Source: Marsupella aquatica (taxonomy: Eukaryota; Plantae; Marchantiophyta). Taken from it: a stretch of DNA of 64,000 nucleotides. The notes under the pieces were generated by a model, which did no database searches, was not told the origin of the DNA, and saw only the letters and a list, made by a program, of their open reading frames with translations. The position numbers and the translations under genes were made by a program. This document shows, piece after piece, positions 11,104 through 23,499 of the stretch. How positions within the stretch are numbered: the stretch's first letter is position 1; every line of letters starts with the position of its first letter. The DNA lies in assembly GCA_973895155.1 (NCBI GenBank), contig OZ316897.1, positions 646,515 through 710,514 of the forward strand, given 5' to 3'.

Positions 11104-13713
11104 TTACAACTTCCTACCTGATCCACGACCTCTTCCTTGTCCTTTTACAGATGGTTTAACCTTTTCAACAGACTTTAAGGCAACATTATCGCCCTTGTCA
11201 TGAGCAGGATCCAATCCTACACTGATACCAGCACCCCTTAACTTCCCCTTAGCTTGAGAGGAGGTTGTGCAATTCTTCTCCTCGGCCTTTTGCTTTTTGC
11301 TACTCCCCTTACAAGACTCAGAGCCAGGCTAAGAGTCATTAGAGACATTCTCCACCTGAGTGACCGAACCAGGTTCTGGAGCAGCCCCCTTTTCGACCTT
11401 CACAATTGAGAGATTCACCTCGCCCTTGGACTCTGGGGCTACAGTCTGTGTTTGAACTCCAGTAGGAACTGACTTGTCAACTTTCGAGACTCTCAACAAC
11501 TCATGGTGTACATGCGCAGCTTTACCAACAACCTCATGATATTCGATAGACTTCTTCACACTTTCCTGCAACACAAAACCAAATCCCACAATTAGCAATT
11601 GACCAATATCCCCGCTAATACCAATGTACACCAAAGCCAGATCATACTATGCCAACAACTCGAGTGACCAGGTTTAGTGATGTACCTTTGAATATAACTT
11701 GGTGACTTTCTTGTGCCTGAAGGCTTGATTCTCCCTCCTTCCCTTTAAATTCAAGGCATTCTCGCAATATAGATCACTAAGGCTCTTCTGAAAAGAGGTG
11801 GATTGTTCTTCCAAACCCCAATCATCTGCTAGCTTCACTACATCTGGATGGTCCACTCGGGATGAACCCCAGCACTTCAGCCAGGCTGGATGAAACACTT
11901 CAGCACAGGCTAAACACTTAGGAGGTTTACTCTCGCCGTTTCGAAGCAACGGGAACAAACAACTCGGATGATAGCTATGTCCACACGATGTGGGAATCCA
12001 ATTGTTACAAAAGAAGCCAAGAGAGCAAACAGGGCATTCACTAATGGGAAAATAAGCCTCCTCTGTCTGCGCAGGACAAATTATACTAACAGGGCATACA
12101 TAAATTGCATGAGAGGTATTCAAGTGCTCCTTTAGTCTTGCGCACTCTAGATTGAGAGCATCATAGGACTTTGTCAATTTGTATGCTGTATGATCTAGCT
12201 TGTGCAAGGTCTGCTTCCCATACTCTTGTTCCTCATCCAACTTATTCAACTCTTTCATAAGAACTTGAGCATCTGCGACTACATCAATGCGCTTCTGCTT
12301 TGAAACAGCCAAGTTTGATTGCAGTATATTTTCCTCGCAACCCTTCGCAAAGTGCCTGCACATGCAAGTCCCAGCCAACACAACAAACTTTAATGCACGA
12401 TGGATTGTTATAAGCAACTTCAAATGACATTCTGAAACAAAGATAATATGAAAACAAATGTAGCTTTGAACAAAATGAGATCATTTACCTCATCTTCAGA
12501 TTGCTCTTCGTCAGGATCTTGTAGCAGTTGCAGATCCTCAGATACTTGAGCTTGCTCTTTGACCTTATCATGGATGCGTCGCTGTAGGTCGTGAATGAGA
12601 TCAGTGAGTTCATTCTTTTGCACTTTCAACCCTGACAATGTCGTTTGAATTGAGTTGATTCGAATCAGTAGCCTCATTCTGAGCTGCTTTGAATTGAATG
12701 GCATCTTGTGTCAACTTCTGCATTTCGGGGCCAAGCTCTGCAAGACTAGCCTCCACTACCTCCAACATCGTTTCAAGAAGTGTATTCTTCTGGTGCGGAA
12801 CTGGTGTGCCAGTAGTGACTCCAGTGCAAAGTTTTTTTGTTTGAGCTTGTGGCGAACCTATGAAACTATTACCTGGTGATATTTCATGATTTGGACCACC
12901 TACTTGAGATAGGGACTCACCTTGATCTTGCTCATTTGCCTCTAATCCTAAGACTATAATTGGCAATATCGCATCTTGTTGCGATTGGTTCATGTTTAGC
13001 GGGAGGTTCTGACCACTCAAATTAGAACCCAGGGCTAGGTTAGCCGGTTTCTCCTCCGTAGGTGATTGACAATGTGCTCCACTTGCAACGGATTGTATTC
13101 TATTGAAGAGGTCTAGAGGAGGGATATACTTTGTCTCAATCCTCTTCCATAGTGGCGAGTTTCTATCAATTGGAGACTTCCTTACAAACCTCAACCGAAG
13201 CTGCCCTCTATGCTTGTCTGCACCACAAGCTGCCCAATTCACAGGCTTTTTTAAGATCTGCTCATAGTACAGACCTTTGGCAACCTCCACAGTGTATGGT
13301 TGAAACTTTCCGATTCCGTCCAGCGCAGAGGTAAGCATGGCGATGTCGTCGGCAGGAATCCCCTTAATGCCATCCTTCTTGTAGTCGTTCTTCCCGGACT
13401 TGTTCCCAAAATATTCCTCCAACACCTCAGCGGACACTTCTTCATTTGTGAGCTCCTTCGGAATCCTTCCCACATTGGGCAAGCCAAGGACATTGTGGAA
13501 ATGATCGATGTCCTTCACAAACTCATCAACTGTCCACTCTTCTGGTGAGGCGACCTTTACAGGACTCTTACCATGGGACTTTGGTGGTAGCTTGTGAGAC
13601 TTTCCAGGAATTTTAGAAGACATACCTGCGCGCTGTGTAGTTTGAGTTCTCCCAGCTGAGCCTCGCTCCAAGGTTTGGCAACAAACTATTTGGGCGCAAC
13701 CCGCACTATGCAA
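11104..13713 (-). pseudogene. Spliced, decayed gene: N-terminal domain + coiled coil + RING finger + basic tail
   Basis: RING motif CPVC..SCGHSYHPSC..KCLAC in 12423-11674. Putative GT-AG introns near 12489-12432 and 11685-11566. Frameshift near 12650 and stop at 11329. Confidence 0.65.
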
Positions 13714-14599
13714 CTCCGTTCGATCGAGTCACTTGAAAGCATGCTACTCCATGCTCAGAGTCCCCTGTATCTCCCTTGCGCCTGAATTAAGACACAGGAA
13801 TGGGAGTTCATTGTCATCTCATTTGAAAAGATTGACTGTTTGCCTAATCCGTGACCTAGATCATAAAAGACATTCAATAAACAAGTGGGGAATAAAGAAA
13901 TTAAGGGATAATCGAAGCAACTTTCCAAGTGAAGACCAACCGTGCAGCAATCTTTGAGTCCTCAACTTCCAAAATTGTAGCTCACATGCATTGTCAACTC
14001 TTCTCCATTACGCAAACAAGAACGCAAAAAGTTCCAGCGATTCAAATGTGTGCAAAACAACTTACTACGCCACAATGCAACATCCTTCCCTCCCCCTTTT
14101 CCTCCCCTGCAACCTAATCAAGGATCACAATGTTGCGGTCTTCTCCAACTGGCAGCAAATTGTGCAACATTCAAACGTGACTAGCTATGAATCGCAACTT
14201 TCATTCAACGCGATAAAGCGGAAATAGCGCAACAGAGAGGAAGTGAGCACTTTGACGCGCCCAGACGATGCTATGGTCTGGATCTTGCTTCCAGCATAAA
14301 CGGTCAAGATCCAACAATGCTACTCCCTCAACCACCACCACTGATCTTCTTTGCCACCACGGCATGGTTCAGATTTGTTGACCTTTCAAATTTGAAATGG
14401 CAAGAGGTTATGGTACTTAATGTCTTTTGGCCCTTCCTCCCTCCAATGGGACTGTACTTGCAACAACCTCCTCCCTCATCATTATTTACAAGACTTGTAC
14501 TACTAATAGTACTATGAGCGTTGTGGTAGAGAAGGTATTAGGAGGGTATTATTTTGCTCAAATTAGACCCCCTTTAGCTTGCTTTTACCTAGTTAGGAG

Positions 14600-15415
14600 T
14601 AGTGCACAAACAACATGCGCGCTGCTGCAAAGATTAGATATGACTAATTTGACTCTCTTGCCTACTAGGCTTTCAATCATGCGCGCTCTCGTACATTCTC
14701 CCAAATGAAATGAATTCATACCCCATGTCTATCATACATGTGCGAAGAGAGTTTCTCCCTCAGTCTCTGAAGTGACATAGTAGCCTGGCTGTTGTGGGGA
14801 TTAGTCCACAACTTGCTTTCTATTTCACACATGGCTATCCGAAGACTCTATTGCCTAATAGTTTTTTCAGCCACGCTCTTGTGGACCTCCTCCAATGCAT
14901 TTAATATACCCATCTGTATCATACATGCATAGAGAAAGTGCATTTCTTTTTGAAACCATAGTATAGCCCGGCTACTGTCCAGATCAGTCCACGGTACGTG
15001 CGCTTGCGCGTTATTTCAGAGTTTGATGTAATCAAGTATATATAGGCTGAGCTATTGCCTTAGAGTAGCCCTCCACTTAACCCCGTTCTTGTATATTCTC
15101 CTGGTGCATTTATACGGAATCCATGCCTAGTGGAACTCTCGTTTTCTGTCTTAAGTAGTATGATAGCCCTTCCATGGATTGAGATTTGTCTCTCTTGCGC
15201 GCAATTTCAGAAACTAAGACATGACTAGCTCTGAGAGACTCCATTGCCTCGTATCTTTTTTCAACTAGGCTCTTGTTCCCTCATCCCATGCGTTTCTACC
15301 CATCCGTGTCATAGGTGAGTAGAAAGAGTCCATTTCAATTTGAGACTAGATATAGTGGTCGCGCTCTTGGTAGGATAGTCCACAATACGCGCACTGTTTC
15401 AGACATCAGGTATAA
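14600..15415. repeat. Degenerate ~180-200 bp tandem repeat (about 4 units)
   Basis: Recurring blocks ccat(g/c)t.tatcatacatg, tagtccac, gcgcg..tttcaga, actc.attgcct. Confidence 0.55.
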
Positions 15416-15464
15416 CTAGGGTCATTGTAGCGTGCGAGGAAACAGTAAAAAATTTCCTCGCACG
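15416..15464 (-). mobile_element. Helitron 3' terminus (element extends rightwards; 5' end not located)
   Basis: Perfect 12-bp hairpin cgtgcgaggaaa/tttcctcgcacg (15431-15464). On the minus strand it is followed after 11 nt by CTAG (15419-15416) and then T. Confidence 0.75.
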
Positions 15465-18400
15465 GGATCATTTTCTCCTTGGAATACCCAAAATTTGGCA
15501 CGAGAACAACCTCGCTAGCATAAAGTGACTCTCGCTAGCCTAAAAGGAACCTTCTATTTCACCTATTTGTTTAACTCCCGTTGGGTTTAAAAAGCGATCC
15601 TGACGATGCATTGGTACATATTACGTATTCCCCGGACACGAACGGTCATCGATGGCACCATAATTCAATATATAATTCCAACGTACATCAGGCCAGCGAA
15701 GTCGCTAGCCATAACTCTGCCCATCATTCTTGCACAAAATACTCCGTGCAGTCATGACCCACACGACAAGCACTCATTAGAAAGCATGGGTGTTAACGGT
15801 TGCAGCAACAGCACTACACCGGATCATAGCACGACAGAATCCAACGTCCCCTTCCTCATGAGTGAAGCATGAAATGCGAAACCGTTTTAGAGGATCCGAG
15901 GCTCCCGAAATGCACTGTATGTCATTCGGACCTCTCGACTCATCTCCATTCCTAACAGTGTTCTCATTATTTGACTTTCATTGTCTCCTCACTCTTTCGC
16001 GATCGTCTTCGCATCGCAGAGTAACTTCAATCGAGCTCGCGTTGTCATATCCTCGGGCGAGGAGGGGATCTGGTGTTCTCATCTGTGTCTCATTCTTGCA
16101 AAGTTTTTGTCGCACAAGGAGATGTAAGTTTGATACCAGGAGACCTCTTCACAACAAGTAGAGTTATCGTTAATGAGAAAGTCTGGTTTTCCCAGTTCTA
16201 TTTTCCTTCTTGTAGTTTTGCGCGTTTTGACTCGATGAGCTTTGATGTTTTGAAGGTGACTGTTTCTATTTGGTAAACACATGTTGAGAAAGTGATCTGA
16301 TACACAACAGCGTTTGTTACAGACAGAAATGGCAAAGAACGATGACTCTTCCGCTCCAAAAGCCAAATGGGTTCTAGAGGTCCGCCGCTACAATGCCGAA
16401 ACTGATGGCCCAATAGACTCACCACCAAGCTCTCCTCAGGAAAGGAAGAGTGTACCCCCTCCTCTCAAGACTAGGTCATCATCCAGTCGGGTCCCGCTTG
16501 TTGTCTGTGCTTCAAATCAGCGACCTGCACCCTAAACCCTAAACTACACAGGTCTCCTTTGAAAACAATCCAATGTGCTTTGGCTGGTGGATGACAAGGA
16601 CTGGGAGAAGAGGAAACGTCTGTACAATCAATCCAAATTACGGGACACACAGACCAAGCACAGAGAGGATTTGTGCTTAGACAAAAACCACAAATTGTAG
16701 CATGGACGCCATAGCATTCCAGACAAAGCACAAAATCATAGCATTGGGCGGCAACGGGAAGAATTACATCAAATGAGTGGACAGAGAATGAACAGAAACA
16801 TTATAGGCAAACGGCGACTGATGCAATGAAACACGCATTGACATAGCGGAGGGACATAAAAACTACATAAGCCAACTGACCTTTTAAGGCCCACAATTTC
16901 AAGGGGAGGGACAAAGAGAGCGAAAACAGACGCAGAGACAAAGCTGTCAATGAAATCGAGTATTTGTGCTACTACAATGAACAGAGTAAGGCAATGTAGT
17001 GGTCATCGTAGCTATGAACGAGAAATGGTAGTTCAAAGTCAAAGCTTTGCAATGCAATACAAAGCGCAAGTCCAGCTCAAAACATAGAATCGATGAATCA
17101 TCAATGAACGAGCTCACCTGAGAGTTGCGCAGACAACTTGAAGATAGCAATAGAGACATAACAAAGATAGCAATGGCAATGGCTTTGGTATGCAACAGAT
17201 TGCGATGAAACTCAGACACTGCGTACATAGACACAAGAAAGATAGTGATTTGTTTCAGGTAATTTCTCGAAGTGAAAGGTTTAGAGGGAAGTGAGGCAGA
17301 AAAAATGAGGAGAAAGGTACATTGATACCTTACAGGGACTTGCAAACCAACCGCAGCTCAAAGAATATAAGTCCTTTTACGGGCAAGGACAGTCAGCAAC
17401 AAAGCAAAAGCAATGTTGAAAAATGGAGTTTTGTGAACATGGACTCTGAATCCGAACGCGAGTCTACGCTTTCCGTTGCCAACATAGTGCAGCAAGTGCC
17501 AACATATTCACACCGCAGAGCAGAAAATTAGTCACAGTTCATGAATCAGTTCCCTATCGAATCATGGGCACTACGCCGAGCACTGCGCAAGAGATCGGGA
17601 CAGACACTGCAAACATGGGGACTCACAGGCAAGAAATCTGGACATCAAACCTTCAGCAGCGGTCAATGGGCTTTGATTCACAGGTCGCCCGGCTCGGTCC
17701 CTTGTCGCAGCTCGCCCAGCTCCACAACACCATAGACAAGGAGTTGGCAGGTCTAGTTTCCACCACGCAGCGTTAGCAAAATGACAATGCTTTGCCCGAA
17801 CCCCAAAATATCACAAGCGCAGCTCCAACGTCCAACCGACAACCCTCCCCCGAGCTTTGTTAGACAAAAATCAGCACAACACAGTTGAGCTCGACGGAAA
17901 TCAGCTCAGCACCCACCGCAGCTGAACAAAGCTGACACAAGAGCTCATATGGGAGCTCACTGTGGGAGTAAAAGAAAAACAGGAGGGCCGATGGCAGCCC
18001 GCAACTCCCACACCCTGCTCCTTCACAACTCTGGCGAGCTCCTTTGCAACTCCAATGCAAACTACTATCTACAAATGTAAATGCACATCGATCAGCCAAA
18101 CCTTAACCCTCCCACTGAGCTCAGACTCCCGCATAGCACTCCCGTAGTAGCACTCCTGCAATAGCACTTTGCACAGCACTCCCGCAGCACATTGCACAGC
18201 GCTCCCGTAGCTCCTGGAGCCCTGATTGCAGCCTTGATTTCACACTCTTGAGGCAAAACAGCAGCGCAACCTTGCTAAACCCCTCGACCCTCTCGCCCCA
18301 AATGATGAGTGGCAGACACTAACCGCAACATTCAACGTTGAGCCTCGATACTTTGTGAGAAAAGTAAAACATGACTGAAAGGCATGAGGGTGAAAAGGGT

Positions 18401-18699
18401 GCAAAGAGCCGTTTGGCGCGAACCTTACTATGACATGGCAGCCCCTAGAGTGATCTCAGCCATCCGGATGAAAAGAGATTGCCTTTCAGAGTGATCGCGA
18501 CCATCATATGCAGGTTTCATGTTAACCCAAGGCCCCCGTTCCCTCTACTTCAAGTGTCTAAATTAATTACACTCCAAGCCTTGTCTAGCCCCTAAAAAAC
18601 TAGTGCTAAGTCATGACTACTCGGCCCTCTCAAAGTATAGCCCAGCTGAGTAAACTTCCAATATGCAACTTTTTGATGGTGGGGATCGATGGACTCCAT

Positions 18700-19180
18700 C
18701 CAATGGTCCCTAAACCCCCCATCCCCTTAACCCTAAACCCCCCACCCTTGACATGTAAACCCCCCCTAAACCCCCTTTAGTGAAAACCCAGCCACCCCCA
18801 CGCCTTGACATATAAACCCCCTAAACGTCTTGACAACTCGACTGTGGCCAGACTGTCTTTGCAATGCCAGGGGCCGGTTTGGAGCGCCGCTTGCAATCTC
18901 AGGATCAATGAAGCATGTCGCCTCCAGCTCTCCAGATCCTCCCAAGGCAGCAAACAAGTTAGGGTCCACGGTCCGTATTTGTTCACCCTAAATCGCTGCG
19001 TCACTATTTCAATTGAGTGTTCTCTGGCTGGACAACCCCCTTTACTGACCCCCACCCCCTTGAGACCTAACCGGCCCACCCTTGGCATATAAACCCCCCT
19101 AAACCCCTTTAGTGGTGACCCCCCACACCCTTCACATGTAACCGGCCCACCCTTGAGCCCTAAACCCCCCCAAACCCACT
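18700..19180. repeat. C-rich taaacccccc repeat cluster with ~330-bp-spaced direct repeat
   Basis: taaacccccctaaaccccctttagtg at ~18757 and ~19090. Confidence 0.6.
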
Positions 19181-19275
19181 ATGGAGTATATTCAAAATTA
19201 GGGAATTTGAACATTTATGTCGTTTGTATGTGTTCAAGTTAGCGGAATGTTGGTAAAGAGGTCATCAAATGAATT

Positions 19276-22200
19276 TTATTTTTTTTAATTGTTCGTTTAT
19301 TCCGCGTGAACCCCACGGATGGGGGGACCAAGCAGGCCAAAGAGGCAACAACACCTCAAAGAGGGCAAAAAGGACATACAAGAAACCAGTTCCTTGAGTT
19401 GTAAGTGAGGTCGAAAGACTAAACAAGGCAGGCAACTCAATCCAGAACTGTCAAACACATCAACATGCTACTTTTGAACTATTCTCTGCCCTGTCAATCA
19501 CATTTAGGCAAGGTCAACACAAAGAGGTGGTAGAGTTATGAACAGACCAGGATCTAACAGAGTTTTGCTACAATGAATCATGTTCATTGGTCATCCAGAT
19601 TCTACCTGTCTAACACCAGTCCTCAAAATTCTATCTCTTTCACCCTCCAAGAGTGAAACCGCACTAACCAATCGGGTATGCTTCCAGCTAGAGCCAGCTG
19701 TAGCAGCAACGACAGACAAATGATCTAGAGTCTCACAGATAGCTGAAATCGGGTTGAAAATACGTTTTTGGGATAGATCAAAGGTTTGTCCATTCCATGC
19801 TAGCCATATGCTACGAAGAATCTCATAGATCAGATAAACACGTAGCGTGCACAGAGGTGATTTCCGTCGACAGGACAAGAGGAGGCCAATAATAGTCACA
19901 GGTTGGTAAGTAAGCTCACCATTGAGCCATCTGCTAACCTCATTCCAACAGTTCCGCCGACATGTGAAAGAAAATGTGTGGAATGTTCTCCACCACTCCA
20001 CATCTGAGCGCACAGAGTCCATTAGACTTAGCAATTCGCAATGCTCTAGATCCTGAAAAGAGGCCCTGGGCAATAATCCTCCATAGAAAGGTTTTAGCCT
20101 TAGAGGAGAGGTCAGAGATCTAGAGTATCTGCCAGGCATCACTCCATTTAGAAATAGATAATGAAACTTCCCAGATCCTGTTGAGTCTGAGGTAGTCTGA
20201 TCCCTTAGTGCGCAGTAATTCGTAGATTCTATGGTTTGGTAAGGCAAAAGATTTGATTTGAGAATCCACATCATTCCAGTGCCACTTCCTAGCAGATGAA
20301 TCCAAATTGTTCCCAAGAAATACAGTTCTCTAAATTGCAGCAAAAAAGGCTAGGCAACAGGTCCTATTAACCTCGGTTAATCCACGTAGCCTTTGCATCC
20401 TATCAGTGAGGCACTTCCAATCGTTATGGGGTGCAGACCAGAAATCTTGGACTGTCCTCATCCCTAACCTGCCACAAACCATAACAACATCTGCCCTTGT
20501 CCTTTCAGAAAGATCATAGAATCCATGTAGACACCGGAGTAAGTCCTCAACTCCCCAGTGCCCCGGGAAAGCACTGGTAATTGGATAGAAAACCAAATGT
20601 CGTCGCACCTGCTCCCAGGCACTCCAGATCTGTCCAGTATAGGTAAGCTTACCAAAAGAGCGTGGAGTGCTCAAAAGTAGTTTATCCTGCAATGAGTAGC
20701 AATTCCTGCGCACTGTCTTGAAGTTACGCCATTTAGTCAGTAGTAAGTTTGCTGCATACATCTGCGACCACTCAGCCTCCGAATGATCCAAGGCCCCATT
20801 GAACCACTTGCTCAATAAGGCATCGGAATGACTGCAAAATTCCTTAAGTCCAAGGCCCCCATCTACCTTGGGTCGGCAGAGCTTGTGCCATGCAACCAGT
20901 GGTATCTGCTTCCCGCCCTGCTTGTTAATCCCCCACAGGAAGACCCAACTCAAAGCAATCAGTTTCTTGGCCAAGGCAGTAGGGGATTTAAGAAACATCA
21001 TATGATAAACAGGGATAGCCTGTAGAACATGTTTAACCAACAAGACACGGACCGTGAATGAAAGGAGCCGGGTTGTCCAGGAGGAGAGTCTAGCACTGAT
21101 GCGATCTAGAAAAAAGCAGTGCAGTTGTGCTTCTGAAAGACCAAATCCAAAAGGTGCCCCGAGATATTTCTGTATCTCCCCTTCCTTGCTAATCACACAA
21201 CCAGTGCTCTGCAGCCACACAGGAATCTCCTCCAGAGCTAGAGGCACAACCACCGACTTGCTCAGATTGAGCTTAGCACCTGTTGCACATTTGTAATAGT
21301 GGATAGCACATCTTGCCTGTTCAAAGGCCATTGCAGTGGCTGGGATAAAGAGGCCTAAATCATCCGCAAATAGCCTATAGCAAATGTTTAGTGTCCGGGA
21401 GATTTGTATCCCTTGTAGTCGACTAGCAGTAATCTCAGCCTTAAGGAAGTCCATAAGAGGCTGTGTAGAAATAGCAAAGAGCAGAGGAGAGAGAGGGCAG
21501 CCTTGCTATACCCCTCTGTGCATCTGAATGTCAGCAGTCCATAATCCATTCACCAAGGCCTTAGAGCAAGCATTACCGAGTAGAGATTTAACAAGGAAGA
21601 TGAAATGAGGTCCGATCCCTAACAAATACATGGTTTCCCAAATATACGAGTGATCTACCCTATCAAAAGCCTTTTCAAAATCCAATTTGAGAAAAAGCGA
21701 AGGAGTTCGAGTACAGTTGATCCAGTCGTGGGTGAGCCATGTGAGGGAGATGTTTTCCAGAATGTGTCTACCAGGTATGAACCCAGTTTGCTGAGGGCTA
21801 ATCAGCTTGGGCAGGAGTAATCTCAGACGTAGGGCCACCAATTTGGCAAGGATCTTGTAGGTGGTGGTCAACATTGTTAGTGCTCTCCAATCGCCCAGGA
21901 GGCGTTTGTCGGTTTTCTTTGGTATAAATCGAATTACCCCTTCCTTGATGCAGAAGGCCAGATTCCCAGTTCGCCAGAAATCACAGATCATAGCATGAAA
22001 GTTTGCTTGTAGAAAATGCCAACAAGCTCTGAATACCTCTGCCATCATCCCATCTATGCCAGGAGCCTTGTCATTAGGGAGTAGCATAAGAGTCTCTTGT
22101 AATTCGCGTGCAGAAGGAAGTTCCTTCAGCATTTTGATCTCTGCAGCCGATGGGGCAAAGTGAGTTGCTCGGGTCAGCACTCTACGTGCAGGTGCATCTT

Positions 22201-22344
22201 CCTAAGGGTCTCAGTATCCCGGTCTGGGGGTGAATACAGGTCTTCACAGAAAGTTTGTACCTCTCGTACGATAAGATTCTCATCACAAATTTCTCTCCCT
22301 CCTTCAGCTAACAGGTATTCCATTTTTTCTCTCTTTCAGCTAAC
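19276..22344 (-). mobile_element. 5'-truncated L1-type LINE
   Basis: 17-bp TSD AGGTCATCAAATGAATT (19259-19275, 22345-22361). Poly(T) on the plus strand at the left end. RT ORF2 remnants inside. Confidence 0.93.
19591..22340 (-). pseudogene. LINE ORF2 reverse transcriptase remnant
   Basis: KAPGIDG, QQTGFIPGRHI, KLDFEKAFDRV, GV*QGCPLSP, LFADD, KYLG. Stops and frameshifts present. Confidence 0.93.
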
Positions 22345-23499
22345 AGGTCATCAAATGAATTGCGCAACCCCCCCCCCCCCATATGCCCATTATCAAATTA
22401 AAGCCCACAACTAAACCCTACAACCCATCATGTGCTAGAGTGTTCATACATTCACAAAGTAGGGTACAGTTTTTCATAGTCTTATCCAAAACCAAAAAGC
22501 ACTCACAGTCTTTTGTAGTGTTCATGTGAACCGTGGCAATGGTTTCGAGTCATTTAAGGTTGCCAAAAAGGACTTAGTGGCCTTAGTCCTATAAGGTTTG
22601 GTCTAAATTGCCCCGGTTTCTACTAGTGCCTGCAGCATCTCCAAGTGTCTTCTGAGGAGGATCATAATTTGTGTTTGGAATGGGAAGGACAGCTTTAGGT
22701 TTCACTAGTAATGTGACTAACACTACTGAATAACCTGGAGGAATCCTCTTGCCATGGAACGTTGTAGAACCAACCTACACTCTGCCAAATCCTACTCGTG
22801 TTCCACTCTCATCAACAGCTAACAAGCCACTTTGTCCACTAGTACATTTTCGGCCCTTTTTCCGATCCTAACAACATCGGACCCCTTCAGAAATTTTGAC
22901 GCGGAAAAATGACACGTCCGATGTGATTTACTTTGCACTTTCCCATACTTCACCCATCGGATATCGACAATCGGACATCCATCAGACTTTCCGTTTCTGA
23001 AACAATCGGTACATCCGTTATTGGATGTTTCGGATAATCTGTGTCTGATTCTAATTTCATCGGATACTATAGGCCCACCAAAAGGTAATATCAAGGGTCC
23101 GATGTATTTTATATGGGATAGTCCAATGTAATACATATCGGAGTTTTCGTAGCAATATGTATCGGGACATCCGTAGTGGTTTGTAACGCAAATTGCGATG
23201 CTGAAAATATCGGACATTTGGGAGGAGGGGTCCGAAATAGTTTACTTCGAAAGTTCCGTAGCGTATGGTATCGGATATGAGCTGGGTCACCGGCTTGACT
23301 AATAATGGATATTTAGGGTTTGTGGGGGTTTAATACTGGATTCATGGGAATCATTTGGGGGTTTAGGTTTAGGGTTCAGGCTGAGATTGACAAAATAGGG
23401 TCCAAAGAGCATGCTCAAAGCAAGGTAGTGGTTGAATTAAATATCAGGTTTTCACAATGGGGAACACCCCAATATGTACAAAATGAAATGGGCCTAGGT

